Source of the DNA: Octopus sinensis
Taxonomy: Eukaryota
Direction: 5' to 3'
Assembly: GCF_006345805.1 (NCBI RefSeq)
Contig: NC_043013.1
Location: forward strand, 19,468,001 to 19,532,000
Length of the DNA: 64,000 bases
The position numbers were made by a program, and so were the translations under genes. This document shows positions 14,926 to 26,809 of the stretch, in pieces; positions within the stretch are counted from its first letter, which is position 1; every line of letters starts with the position of its first letter. The notes below the pieces were generated by a model that ran no database searches, was not told the origin of the DNA, and saw only the letters and a program-made list of their open reading frames with translations.

Positions 14926-15210
14926 TATATATATATACTTTCACATTTACATACACACAAGAACGCGCTTGTGCACTCACACACACATACTCACATACAC
15001 TCACTTATATCTATATGTATCTCTATATATATAAATATATACGTATCTAAGTATGCGTAGTTTAGCCTTATTTTTCTTTTTCAAATTACTTACCAATGGA
15101 TGAAGAACACGTTTCTAGGCTAGAAGCAAGTTATAAATGTATGAAAGTCTGTATATACGCATATGTAAGCGTATACCTGAATGTGTGCATGCATGTACGT
15201 TGATTTTTAT

Positions 15211-15241
<31 letters not shown>

Positions 15242-15420
15242 TACATATAGTTATGCTATATTCCGTTAAGAACTTAGTAGAGTACAGTATAAAACTCGTC
15301 CACCTTCAGATTTCACCCGGTGCTATCCAGTAGTAACATCGTATATACTTTCAAGTTTGAGTTTGGGCATCTGTCGTGTGTGAATTGATAACTGAAAAAA
15401 ATTGGAGTCAACAAAGAGTA

Positions 15421-15641
15421 CTTATTTCTTTACTACCCACAAGGAGCTAAACACACAGAGGGGGCAAACGGATTAAGTCGATTACATCGACCCCAGTGCG
15501 TAACTGGTACTTAATTTATCGACCCCGAAGGGATGAAAGGCAAAGTCGACCTCGGTGGAATTTGATCTCAGAACGTAGCGGCAGACGAAATACCGCAAAG
15601 CATTTCGCCCGGCGTGCTAACGTTTCTGCCAGCTCGCCACC
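15421..15641 (-). mobile_element. SINE family A monomer
   Basis: Reverse complement of the family A consensus seen elsewhere in the window. Confidence 0.92.
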
Positions 15642-16052
15642 TTTTCAACAAAGAGTACTGTTGGATATTTTTTTCTATCACTACAATTGTTTCACACAAT
15701 TGTAGTTCTCCAGGCCTGCATTACTTGATTATGCAACCGTTTCCTTGCATTATGAGATCTAGTTGTGTTACCTGAAACGATATGTAAATATTGTTTCAAT
15801 AAGTTCAAATTCTCGGCGTCAAAAACATCCTCTCCGTCTGTCGTGGCCTGAATTTAGTAGTAGTTATTGAGTTTATCAAGTTGTGTTGCTGCTGAACGAC
15901 CTTTGGCAAACTGCTTTGAACGCGTAGATGTTTTGCGATGGTGATTTTGCACATCTTAAGAAACCTATCAATTGTCTGAGGTCCTTGTGACTTGACAGGT
16001 GATTAAACACTCCGGTGCATTTTTACCTACACTGTGTCACGAAGGTATAATG

Positions 16053-16247
<195 letters not shown>

Positions 16248-16262
16248 TAATAATAATAATAA

Positions 16263-16742
16263 TAGGCTCACGTGGCTTCTGATCTTAACTGATTGGAATT
16301 GTTGTCATGTACATTGTTTTGACTTGGTATAAAAGGTAGGTTACAGTAAATATTCTGCTCAATACCACAGATTTGCTTGTCAGTTGTTTGACCTTAGTGG
16401 CTGACGATATTTGCATTCCTGATCACGAGCAGAAGTAGTGGAGGAGTCTCATAGTTATGTGTTAAGAGGGATTCTTTGGGGTTTGAATAATTCACCTCTG
16501 GAAACATGGGTGTTTCGTTCAACATCCTTAAACAACCCTTATTCAGGAACCTTTTGAGCAGGATGGGCTACTCCACCTGAAGAAAATTTTAAATGGGCCC
16601 ACCATGTCACGCATATATGATTGTGATGCCTGTGCCTGGTGTACCCTTATCCGAAGGGTAGTAATGTTGGGTATACTGGGCTTCGTATATTTTACTCCAG
16701 TGTCATTTTGATAGCATGCACTGATCTTTCACTCAATAATAA
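16263..16742 (+). mobile_element. Repeat family C (AATATTCTGCTCAATACCACAGATTTG...), embedded in (TAA)n; possibly a LINE 3' UTR
   Basis: Homologous to reverse copies at 63309-63578 and 37830-38032. It ends in CACTCAATAATAATAAT. Confidence 0.75.
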
Positions 16743-17237
16743 TAATAACAATAACAACAATCCTTTCTACTACAGGCACAAGGCATGACATTTTGAGGAC
16801 GGAAGGACCAGTCGATTTCATCGGCCCTCACATGCTCAGCTGGTACTTATTTCATCGACACAAAAGGATGAAATTCAACTGTGAGTTCGGCGGAATTTGA
16901 TCTCAGAAGACACACAAAATTCTGCAATGCATTGCAGCATTTTGTCTGGTGTGCTAACTGTCCCGCTAGAATAGAGTTGACGTTCGGATGATTTGAACTC
17001 AGAGCATAGAAAACTTGAGCGAATAGTGCAATGTATTCGATACGACACTCTACTTACTCTGCCATTTCGCCTCCTTCATATGTGTCCGTGTACGGTTAAT
17101 TCTGCAGATAATGTGTTTCGGTATCTCTTTCCGACACTTTCCTTTCTAAATGTTCAAATTCCACCTAGGACCCTGAAAACATCTCTAAATTCGTAGCCTC
17201 AATCCGATCGTAGCAAATAACTGAAGTCCTTAATACA

Positions 17238-17657
17238 ATACCTATTTCTTTACTACCCACAAGGGGCTGAACACAGAGGGGACGAACAAGGACAGAAAAA
17301 CAGATTAAGTCGACCCCAGTGCGTAACTGGTACTTATTTAATAGACTCTGAAAGGATGAAAGGCAAAGTCGACCTCGGCGGAATTTGAAGTCAGAACGTA
17401 GCGGCACACGAAATACCTATTTCTTTACTACTCACAAGGGGTTAAACACAGAGGGGACGAACAAGGACAGACAAACATATTAAGTTGATTATATCGATCC
17501 CAGTGCGTAACTGGTACTTATTTAATCGACCTTGAAAGGATGAAAGGATGAAAGCCAAAGTCGAACCACGGTGGAATTTGAACTCAGAACGTAGCGGCAG
17601 ATGAAATACCGCAAAGCATTTAGCCCGGTGTGCTGACATTTCTGCCAGCTCGCCGCC
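17238..17657 (-). mobile_element. SINE family A, tandem multimer
   Basis: One head-bearing unit, one headless unit and the start of a third, joined twice at AAAGAAATAGGTATT. Confidence 0.9.
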
Positions 17658-19053
17658 TTAATGCAATACCAACACCAAATAGACGGTATTGGAAATTGTC
17701 GAGGAAGAAATTCTTCCAGCTGGAGCAACATATATTTGGACTTATCAATTCCTTTTACGTTATCCTAAACTTCTTTCTAGGACATATATATTTTTGATAA
17801 CCATTACCTTATTTGGGTATCTAGCTCTGTTCCAAACAATAGTTTAATGCATTATTTAACTTAAGTTTTATTTGCGAATGTTTTTCATTAAATTCTATTG
17901 TTTTTATAATTCTATGTTTGGGTAATCTTCATCTTCTTATACGTATATTTCATTATCTCTGACACGATATCTACGATATCACATCAACTCTTCTCTCGGA
18001 TCCCTGTTTAACATCGCTTCCAATTCTTTGTGATCCGCAGCATATGCCCTGACGTAATCCATTTACAAAAGCTGGCTGATTGCCGCCCACTCCGCCATTG
18101 CATTTGTATGCAAATCCAATCTGCTCGTACATGTTAGTCAAGGGTGTGTTAACATCAAGCAAGGAGAGAGAGAGAATGAGAGAGAGAGAGTGTGTGTGTG
18201 TGTGTGTGTGCGAGAGTGAGAGGAAAGTTCCTTGGAACATTCGGCTTCTAATGGGGGAAGAGGTTAGTTTTTATAACACTGTTTTCTTTGTAGCAGTCCG
18301 TTTGTCAGTCATTTATTCATGGCATGTTTGATGTATCCTCTTATTGTTCATGCTGCCTTACTCATGGCTAATGTTCCCACAATACGCAAACATTGTTTAG
18401 CTCCGCGCACTTTTCTCACCTTCTCCGATCATCTATAATAGCTTTATTGATCAGTAATTGATCTTCATAATGATAGGAACACTTGCAACATCGCATGTTC
18501 TCTTCTAGAAATTAGGTTTTTTTTTAAAGGTAATTACCCCTTGCAATAACGTTGCAGTTAAGGTATTTCTCTGCTGAAGATATACAGATTATGGGTCTGT
18601 AGTTTTCGAGGTTTGCTGTTTATTATAGCGAGTTACGATCACTTTCCTCCCGGGTGAGCCATTCCAGTGTAGTTTGTAGCTATTTCAGTAGTCCCCACAT
18701 TATTCATGACAAATACTTCCGTTTCGCGTATACAGAACTGAAGCCATATAAACACCACAGAATTTTTCATTTATTCGACCATAGAAATATGTACAAGCAT
18801 ATTTCAACTTCATAGCGAAAATATTACATGAAACCATAACCCATACTTTTAAGACTCATTTCTCAAGTATATGTCACAAATTCGCAGCTACGATTTATGG
18901 CTTAACTACAGATTACATAAAACAGCGTAGGTGTTTAGCGAAGCTTCACAGGAAGTTACAAGCCATACATAAAATTGCTTATGTACTTAGCTATATTCTA
19001 CTTTAACAACAGCTTCGAACATGTAGCATAATGATAATAATTATGAAAAATAG

Positions 19054-19100
<47 letters not shown>

Positions 19101-19104
19101 GGTG

Positions 19105-19135
<31 letters not shown>

Positions 19136-19859
19136 TGTGTGTGGTGTGTGTGTGTGTGTGTGTGTGTTGTTGCTTTTTTTTTTTTCCAAACGTGTTTATA
19201 CACTTTACACTGTTTTGAATGATTACGAAGTGAGTATTTCTTAATCCAGTTCATTTGCAAAATTTTATAGAATCTACAAACAGAATTTAATACCTTTATG
19301 AATTTCTGGTTTCACACAAAAGTTCGTTCCTCTCCTGGTGCTGTTGATAGCGAGAAGTAATGAAGTTACAAACGTCAAAAATCATTTCGTTTAGTATCTG
19401 TGCGCAGTTTCGATCAGAGATTGCCATCATTATGTCGACTGTCGACCGTTTGTACCGTAAAACCGTAGCTTCGAAGTACTTCCATAAACGGTTCAGTAGT
19501 ATGAGTCTGGCCTATGCAGAGGGTATTCTACTGAATCTCTTTGTCTGTTCCAACTGTTTGGCCAAATATCATCAATTATCGTTGTAGTCGGGGAGCCGCT
19601 CTTACTGGAAAAAGCATATGAGGTCAATTACTCTCTAGGACAATTATTCCCCCACCCAGGACAATTTCCCCGACGACAACTACCCACTAGGACAATTACC
19701 CTCCATAGGACAATTCCCCCCGATGACAACTACTCCCTAGGACAATTACCTCCATCTTGGTTAATTACCCCCTCACAAATTTAATAAGAAGTTTTAAACC
19801 ATCATCGGCTGTCATCAGAGGTAATTCTCCTTGTGGGGTTATGTCCATGAGGATTAAAT

Positions 19860-20900
19860 GTCTTAGTCGCCTTCAAAGTCCTCTTGAATACTTGGAATAA
19901 TAGGTCATCGTAGCAAGTCCAAGTAAATGGGACCAATCAGAGTACCATCAAATAAGAATGGTTCAATTAATTGTTTTGGCGATAAATTGCATAATACTAT
20001 AACTCCTGCTAAATCAACGTGACGTTCCTCTGTAATCCAGGATTCTCAGGATACCTGTAGGTTAAGTTAAAAAGTGGAGGTTTCCTTCTCGACTCACATC
20101 AACTCATAAGGGCCGGTTTATCCTTGGCGTTCATATTCCCCACCTGGACGGAACGCCAGTCCGTCGCAGGATTACTCATTTTCACAAGCTGAGAGGACTG
20201 GAGCAACGTGAAATGATGTGATGTGCTCAAGAATACATGTCGTCCGATCCAGGAATCGAAACCACAATTTTACGATCATAAGGTAAACACCCTAATCATT
20301 AAACCACGCGCCTCCACACCCCTGCAGATGCACTTGTGGGGGTATATTGTATTATTTAAATTAAATATAGCCTCCTCAGACCAAGCAAACTTTGTTGGAT
20401 AATGTATATCCTCTACATATCTTGCAAATTACCCGCAAAACTCCATTCTTCGGTCTGAATCATTTTCATTGGGAACATGGACTATTCTTACAATGTAATT
20501 TTTCCTCTGACATCGCATGAGGAACACTTGAGTTTGAAATTCCAGTCTCCCGACTAGCTTGCCGCACAGATTTTCTTGAACTCCAGCAGTACTTTTCTAA
20601 TACTTTCTGGCTTTATGGGGCTCGTCACTGCCCGTGGTCTTCTAGAACGTCCTTTGTGGACATCTGAACCGTTCCGTTCACTTTAAACGTCTCTAAAGCG
20701 AGTGTGGGTAATTCGCATTGATGAACCTATTTAAAATTCCTTCCTGATAACTTGGATTGCATTTTCAAACTTTCAGTCGACTTTTAGGTTAAATCTTAAT
20801 CTGGGTCCGTTCATTATACCTAATAGACTAATTCTAAAGAGAACTACAAATTGAGTCATCAGCTGTTAAAGTGTGTATACACTTTTTAGAACACTATATA
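19860..20900 (-). mobile_element. Mariner-related (DD41D/rosa-like) transposon relic interrupted by a SINE at ~20100-20317
   Basis: The minus frames give WSEEAIFNLNNTIYPHKCIC | YPENP..EERHVDLAGVIVLCNLSPKQLIEPFLFDGTLIGPIYLDLL. A TIR-like GTGTGTATACACTTTTTAGAACACTATA lies at ~20872-20899. Confidence 0.8.
20100..20317 (-). mobile_element. tRNA-derived SINE family D
   Basis: The minus strand head is GTGGAGGCGCGTGGTTTAATGATTAGG...GGTTTCGATTCC. Related copies lie at ~26060-26210, 27480-27620, 44395-44690 and 47860-47935. Confidence 0.75.
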
Positions 20901-21249
20901 TATAGATTGATAGATTCATTGGTCGACAGATAGTTCTCAGATGTGTCTTAAAAATGACACAAGCAAACAAATAAATAAAGTAAAATGTTTGTATTCTAAT
21001 TTTCCTGAAAGCTATTTTTCGGATTAAGAATTTATAATTATATTATGCCTAATATGGATATACATATATACTCACATACGTACATACATACATACATACA
21101 TACATACATACATGATGGCTTCAAACTCGTGTTCGAGTATTGACATCGCCTGATCGAAGGTCCCACACATGCGAAATTACAACCAGCCTATCTTGTGATA
21201 GGTCTTATTTTTTCTTCAAGTGATGGCTGTGCATGATGGTCCTTCTTTA

Positions 21250-21600
21250 ATGAGGGGAAGAGATTTGCACAAATCCAAGCCCACTCTCTGAAGATAGACA
21301 TCGTGAACTCAAAAAGAGAAACTAGTCAACATCATCGAAAATTGTCAGTGTCAGAGGTTTTCTCTCAGAGTCTGCTTCTCCTAGAGAGATGTTGTGACAA
21401 CAACAGAGTAGCCTCCCATCCCCAGTGGGTCGACCGTGCACCTGGACTCCAATTCAGGAGTTTCCATGTCCCCTCTTGGGCGCTACTGGTAACATGTAGC
21501 CCAGTACAACTTGTTCCATGGTTGGGTTATCGGCGACTAGACTGGCATTCTCATGAAGCTTGCTTGGTGAGGAGGGTGATTGTTGGACATCCTGCAGGAC
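21250..21600 (-). mobile_element. Possible RTE-like LINE 5' region
   Basis: CACTGGGGATGGGAGGCTACTCTGTTG...CTAGGAGAAGCAGACTCTGAGAGAAAACC resembles RTE 5' UTR motifs. There is no protein support. Confidence 0.25.
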
Positions 21601-22604
21601 GAAAAACAACACACACACACACATACAAACAGGCAGTCATACATACATACATACATACATACATACATACATACATACATACATACTACATACATACATA
21701 CATACATACATAAAACACACGCACATATGTATCCAGGCATACAGAGATATATATTTGTCTGTTCTGTCTGTATTTATATATTATCTAGATAAAATGCTGA
21801 AGTGGTTCGTGTCCAACCAGGAACATGGGAGACTAAATAATTATTATAAAATATATATGTAATTATTTTAAATATGCATCTAGATAGACAGACAGGCGCA
21901 CACACGTTATATGTATGTATGTGTGTGTGTATGTACGCATAGCATTATTTGTATTGTATTATATATTTTCATTTAAAGTTGGATATTAAATACCCATAAT
22001 ACAACTTCAAATACAGCCGTCACATGACTCCTTGTGTAACATTGTTTAATTTCCATACAAACATAGCTTTGTTTGATATATTTAAACGCTGGTGATTGTC
22101 GGTTACTCGGCTTATGTGTCTATATCCATGTGTGTCTAAGTATAAATGTGTATTCGTGTCTGAATTTGTGTACTTAAATTATTTGAGTAATTTAAAAAAA
22201 ATATTTCGTTGTAATTGTTTGTAAACAAACCGATATTGGAAGAAAATTATATATCTCTGTTTACCTCTACATAGAATAAGTCTGAGAAAGGCAGAAAAGG
22301 CAGAAAAAGTACGTTTAAGTGGAGATCGCTTTAACAATGTCGTTAAGTTTAATAATTATATTAAATAATTTTTCTAGTCCCGCTTTATCAGCACAGGAAG
22401 AAAGTTGTTGTCTTCAGATAAACCATAGTAAATATATATATATAAACAACATTCAGGTTTATTGAGACGGGAAGTTGTGGATTTTTTCCCCATCGAAGTA
22501 TGATAAATTGATAAAAGTTCTTTTTATATTTCGCGGTAGGAAACCAGTGTTGCCGGATATGCGAATAGGAATACAAGACTGAAGGAATAGAGTAGAAAGG
22601 ATCA

Positions 22605-22690
22605 TGGCTACATATGTTTCATAGCGAGCGGAACCTCAGAAGTGTTAAATATCCAAGCGAGGTGTATAACGCAGGCTGCTCTTCAGGCCA
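22605..22690 (-). ncRNA. Minimal type I hammerhead ribozyme (Penelope-type)
   Basis: UGGC CUGAAGA GCAGC..~50 nt..GCUAU GAAA CAUAUG UA/GCCA. It has a 4-bp stem I, palindromic stem III ACAUAUGU and a GUA cleavage triplet. Stem II is imperfect (G.U, CxA, then 3 bp). Confidence 0.65.
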
Positions 22691-22749
22691 AGGATAACTT
22701 GATTAAATGAAAATTTACATTGTCGCAAGAAGAGACGCACACACATATA

Positions 22750-22843
22750 TATAGCAGAAACAATGAATACTGAAGATAGAGTATTCTGGAAACAATAAAT
22801 TTTCCATTACACTCTATCTTCCGTAGCCATTGTTTCTGCTATA
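22750..22843. repeat. 94-nt fold-back hairpin (MITE-like or pre-miRNA-like)
   Basis: TATAGCAGAAACAATG pairs with CATTGTTTCTGCTATA (16 bp), GAAGATAGAGT with ACTCTATCTTC (11 bp) and TGGAAA with TTTCCA. The loop is 8 nt. Confidence 0.85.
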
Positions 22844-23008
22844 CTTAATGTGCACCGAGGAATTCCTAGCGTTGATCCAGCGACACGATTGCACAATTAC
22901 CATGGATGAGGCCAGTTACCCATAGGTGCTTTGTCGGCATGTCACTAGGGACATACCCCAAAACACAGTATAAATTTTAAACTTAAATCTAAACTTTAAT
23001 TTTAAACT

Positions 23009-23041
<33 letters not shown>

Positions 23042-23204
23042 ATATATATTTACTCAATATAAAATAGTGTACGTTTAAACACAAGAGAAAACTGCCTTCA
23101 ACAGGTAGTTTTAAACGCTAGAAGAAGTAGTCAAAAGGACCAAAACCACATTTAAGAACAATCTTGAAAAGGAATGAAAAATAAAACTTTTACCTTGTTA
23201 ATTA

Positions 23205-23254
<50 letters not shown>

Positions 23255-23258
<4 letters not shown>

Positions 23259-23560
23259 GGTCCCGGGTTGATTCGGGGTTAACCACAGTAAATAAGGTAC
23301 TCAATACATAGCAGAGTAAAATTAATTTATTATATAGAAGGAGCTTCTACAGGACTAGAACTGTTTCATTCAAGAGAAATCTTCAGGAAGCTAGTTAACA
23401 AGAATTGTATTGGCATTTATACATTTAGGCAGGTTTAACGGGGTGTTGGTGGGGGACTTTTTTGGGGGTAGGCATAGCGCAAAATATCATACTTGGGGGA
23501 GTGGTCAAGGAGTCAGTGTTAAATTAGATAGAAGAATAAAAAAAAATAAAAAAAAAAAAT
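23255..23560 (-). mobile_element. Short Penelope pLTR-like / retrozyme-like non-coding element carrying a hammerhead
   Basis: Unique sequence between (TA)n and poly-A tracts. The hammerhead is followed by AATAAA, the layout known for Penelope pseudo-LTRs. Confidence 0.55.
23342..23392 (-). ncRNA. Type I hammerhead ribozyme, essentially intact
   Basis: AGCUUC CUGAAGA UUUC-UCUU-GAAU GAAA CAG-UUCUAGUC-CUG UA/GAAGCU. Stem I is 6 bp, stem III is 4 bp and the triplet is GUA. Stem II is 3 bp with U.U at 10.1/11.1. Confidence 0.8.
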
Positions 23561-24891
23561 AAGGAAAAAAAAACCCATATATATATATATAAAAAAAAAA
23601 ACCTATATATAAAAAAAGGGGGGAATAGAGTTTTAGGTAAATAAGGAGATTCTCACTTATACCTATGCACACGTGTATACATACATACACACACATACAA
23701 ACATATATACATATACATACACACATACATACACACACATATATATACATATATATACACTTACACATACACATACATATACATATCTACAGATACACAT
23801 ATATGTATACATAACACACTCACATCCATACACGTATACACACATGTATATATACACACACGACCTCACATACATACATACGCACAGAAAAATATATATA
23901 CACATACACACACATACTCACATACACGCATACACACACATATCCACACACACACATGCACACACAGCACACTAGTCCCTATATACACATATATACACAT
24001 ACACACACCTATACACACCCATACATACATATACATACATGTATACATATACATATGTGTACCTATGCAAACCTACACATACACACATATATATACACAT
24101 ACAAATACAGACCCATTCCCTAATTTTAATTTTATTATCTTCGTTTATTACTTTTGTTATCTTTGGCCGCTTGGTCCAAACAAATCTTGGCTATTACAGC
24201 CAGTCCATTTATCTGTCTACTGGAAAACAAGCACTCATTCACTCACGCACACTCTTTAGCACGTACTCTCACTCATTCGTACACTCATACACATACACGC
24301 ACGCACGCGTTATATTCATACATACATCCATCTACATACATTCACGTATATACACATACGTACGCGTACCTACAGATTTATGTCTACACTCTTAGAAGGC
24401 TAGTCTATATATATACACCAATAAATATAATACACACACATACATATACACCTACATACAAATACATACATGTATATATATATATATATATAATATATAT
24501 ATATATATTATTCACATATATATATAACACATATACAACACAATCGCATACACACACATATACATATATATACACTACACGCACATACACATGTACATGC
24601 GTACCCATACACACACACACACACACACACGCGCATCCATATACACATAAGTACACACACATGCGTAAAAGTATACATATATCTATGCTTACACATACAC
24701 ACACACATACGCGCCTCCTTATATTCATACTTACATGCATACTCAAAAAATAAATAAAATAAAATATATATACGCGCAGTTATTGTACAGCATACTCATT
24801 AAATACATAATAAATACAAGTATATGTACGTGCATTTACCTATTATATAGACGATATATATATATATTATATATATATATATATTATATTA

Positions 24892-24936
<45 letters not shown>

Positions 24937-24997
24937 CCTACATATATACACATATATAATATATACATAACATACATATATACACATATATATATAT

Positions 24998-25029
<32 letters not shown>

Positions 25030-25035
25030 ATATAT

Positions 25036-25068
<33 letters not shown>

Positions 25069-25368
25069 TATATTATATATATATATATGCGTGTACATAT
25101 GTATGTCATTATTCTGTTTTATTTCGAAATTTCTTGCCAATTGAGAAAGAGTTGGTTTCTAATTCATATTCATTGCAATTCCAACGGGGTATTTTTCAAT
25201 GCGTGCAGATTTGTATGTTTTCTTTTATGTATGTAGTCTAAGGCATAATGTTGTATATCTATTATATGCTCATATATTCTTAAGTGATAAACGTCTGGAA
25301 AGTTTCACAGATTTTGATTGTATGTATGTATGTTTGTATATGTGTCTGTCTATCTGTATGTATGTATT

Positions 25369-25784
25369 TACTCTCTTTACTCTCTTTTACTCTTTTACTT
25401 GTTTCAGTCATTTGATTGCGGCCATGCTGGAGCACCGCCTTTAGTCGAGCAAATCGACCCCGGGACTTATTCTTTGTAAGCCCAGTACTTGTTCTATCGG
25501 TCTCTTTTTTGCCGAACCACTAAGTGACGGGATCGTAAACACACCAGCATCGGTTGTCAAGCAATGCTAGGGGGACAAAGACAGACACACAAACACATAC
25601 ACACACATATATATATACATATATACGACGGGCTTCTTTCAGTTTCCGTCTACCAAATCCACTCACAAGGCATTGGTCGGCCCGGGGCTATAGCAGAAGA
25701 CACTTGCCCAAGATGCCACGCAGTGGAACTGAACCCGGAACCATGTGGTTGGTAAGCAAGCTACTTACCACACAGCCACTCCTG
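25369..25784 (-). mobile_element. SINE family B, full-length
   Basis: Reverse complement of the 30069-30472 copy, including the internal (CA/TA)n tract. Confidence 0.95.
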
Positions 25785-26209
25785 TGTATTTGTGAAAAAA
25801 TGAATAGAAGTGACTTCTCTAATGATCTCTCCTCTTTAATAGCAGTGTTTATAAATTAAATACCTAATAACTTATAAACAACTTATTCGAATGAATAAGT
25901 TATGAGAAAAGCCATTTCAATTATTATTTTTAAAAATATATAATACTATATCATAGACTTTATATTTCTAATTATATGTATGTATATACACGATATATAA
26001 TGTGTGTATATACATGCACATAAAATTCAGGCATTCTCGCGCCTAATGATGTAAAATAGGTGTATGCAATTGGTGCCCAGGTCAACCTACCGCCTAATCC
26101 GCCGCAGGATCACTCATTTTTGCCAGCTGAATGGACAGGAGCAACGCGAAATGAAGGGATTTGCTTTAGACTACAATTACACTCTAACTACTAAGCCACG
26201 CACATCCAC

Positions 26210-26480
26210 ACTGCTGTAGATGCACTTGAAGCGGTGAATTAAGTCATTTAAATTAAACGTAGCCTCGTTAATCGAAGCAAACTTTGGAAGATGTACATCG
26301 TCCGCATATCGTGCAAATTATCCGCAAAACTCCATTCTTTGATCCGGATCATTTTCATCAGGAACATGGACTATTCTTAGAATGTAATTCTTCCACTGAC
26401 ATCGCACGAAAATTAAATGAACACTTGAGTTTGAAATTCCGAACTCCCAACTTGCTGCACACATTTTGTTTTTATTCATG
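26210..26480 (-). mobile_element. Second DD41D-like transposase relic, homologous to 20320-20560
   Basis: Shares GCAAACTTTG..GCAAATTA.CCGCAAAACTCCATTCTT..GGACTATTCTTA.AATGTAATT..GAACACTTGAGTTTGAAATTCC with the first copy. Confidence 0.8.
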
Positions 26481-26671
26481 CAGTGATTTCAAATTCTTGA
26501 TATTAGGTTGTAGCCAAATCTGGTCATCCTAGGTAGAATCCAAATATTTTATCGACATCTTGTGATCGATATCCCAATGATATTCAAGTCTTACCTCATA
26601 TTGTATCACAATCGGATCTGAAAGCAAGTGTTCGACCGTTTACACATCTATTCTATTATACTACATATATA

Positions 26672-26802
26672 CAGGGTGTCCCAAAGAAATGTATACACAT
26701 AGTGGTTCGGCAAAAGAGAACGATAGAATAAGTACTAGGCTTACAAAGAATAACAAATTTACAATTATTTAAGGTGTGTATACATTTTTTGGGGACAGCC
26801 TG
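26672..26802. mobile_element. 131-bp MITE with 28-bp TIRs and TA flanks
   Basis: TA-CAGGGTGTCCCAAAGAAATGTATACACA ... TGTGTATACATTTTTTGGGGACAGCCTG-TA; 3 mismatches in 28 bp. Confidence 0.85.
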
Positions 26803-26809
26803 TATATTT

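Noticed and set aside
19620-19780. CRISPR-like repeat array
   Set aside because: The units are short, degenerate and irregularly spaced, in eukaryotic context with no cas genes.
21290-21340. CTGAAGA...GAAACTAGTC hammerhead-like string
   Set aside because: No stem I or stem II can form.
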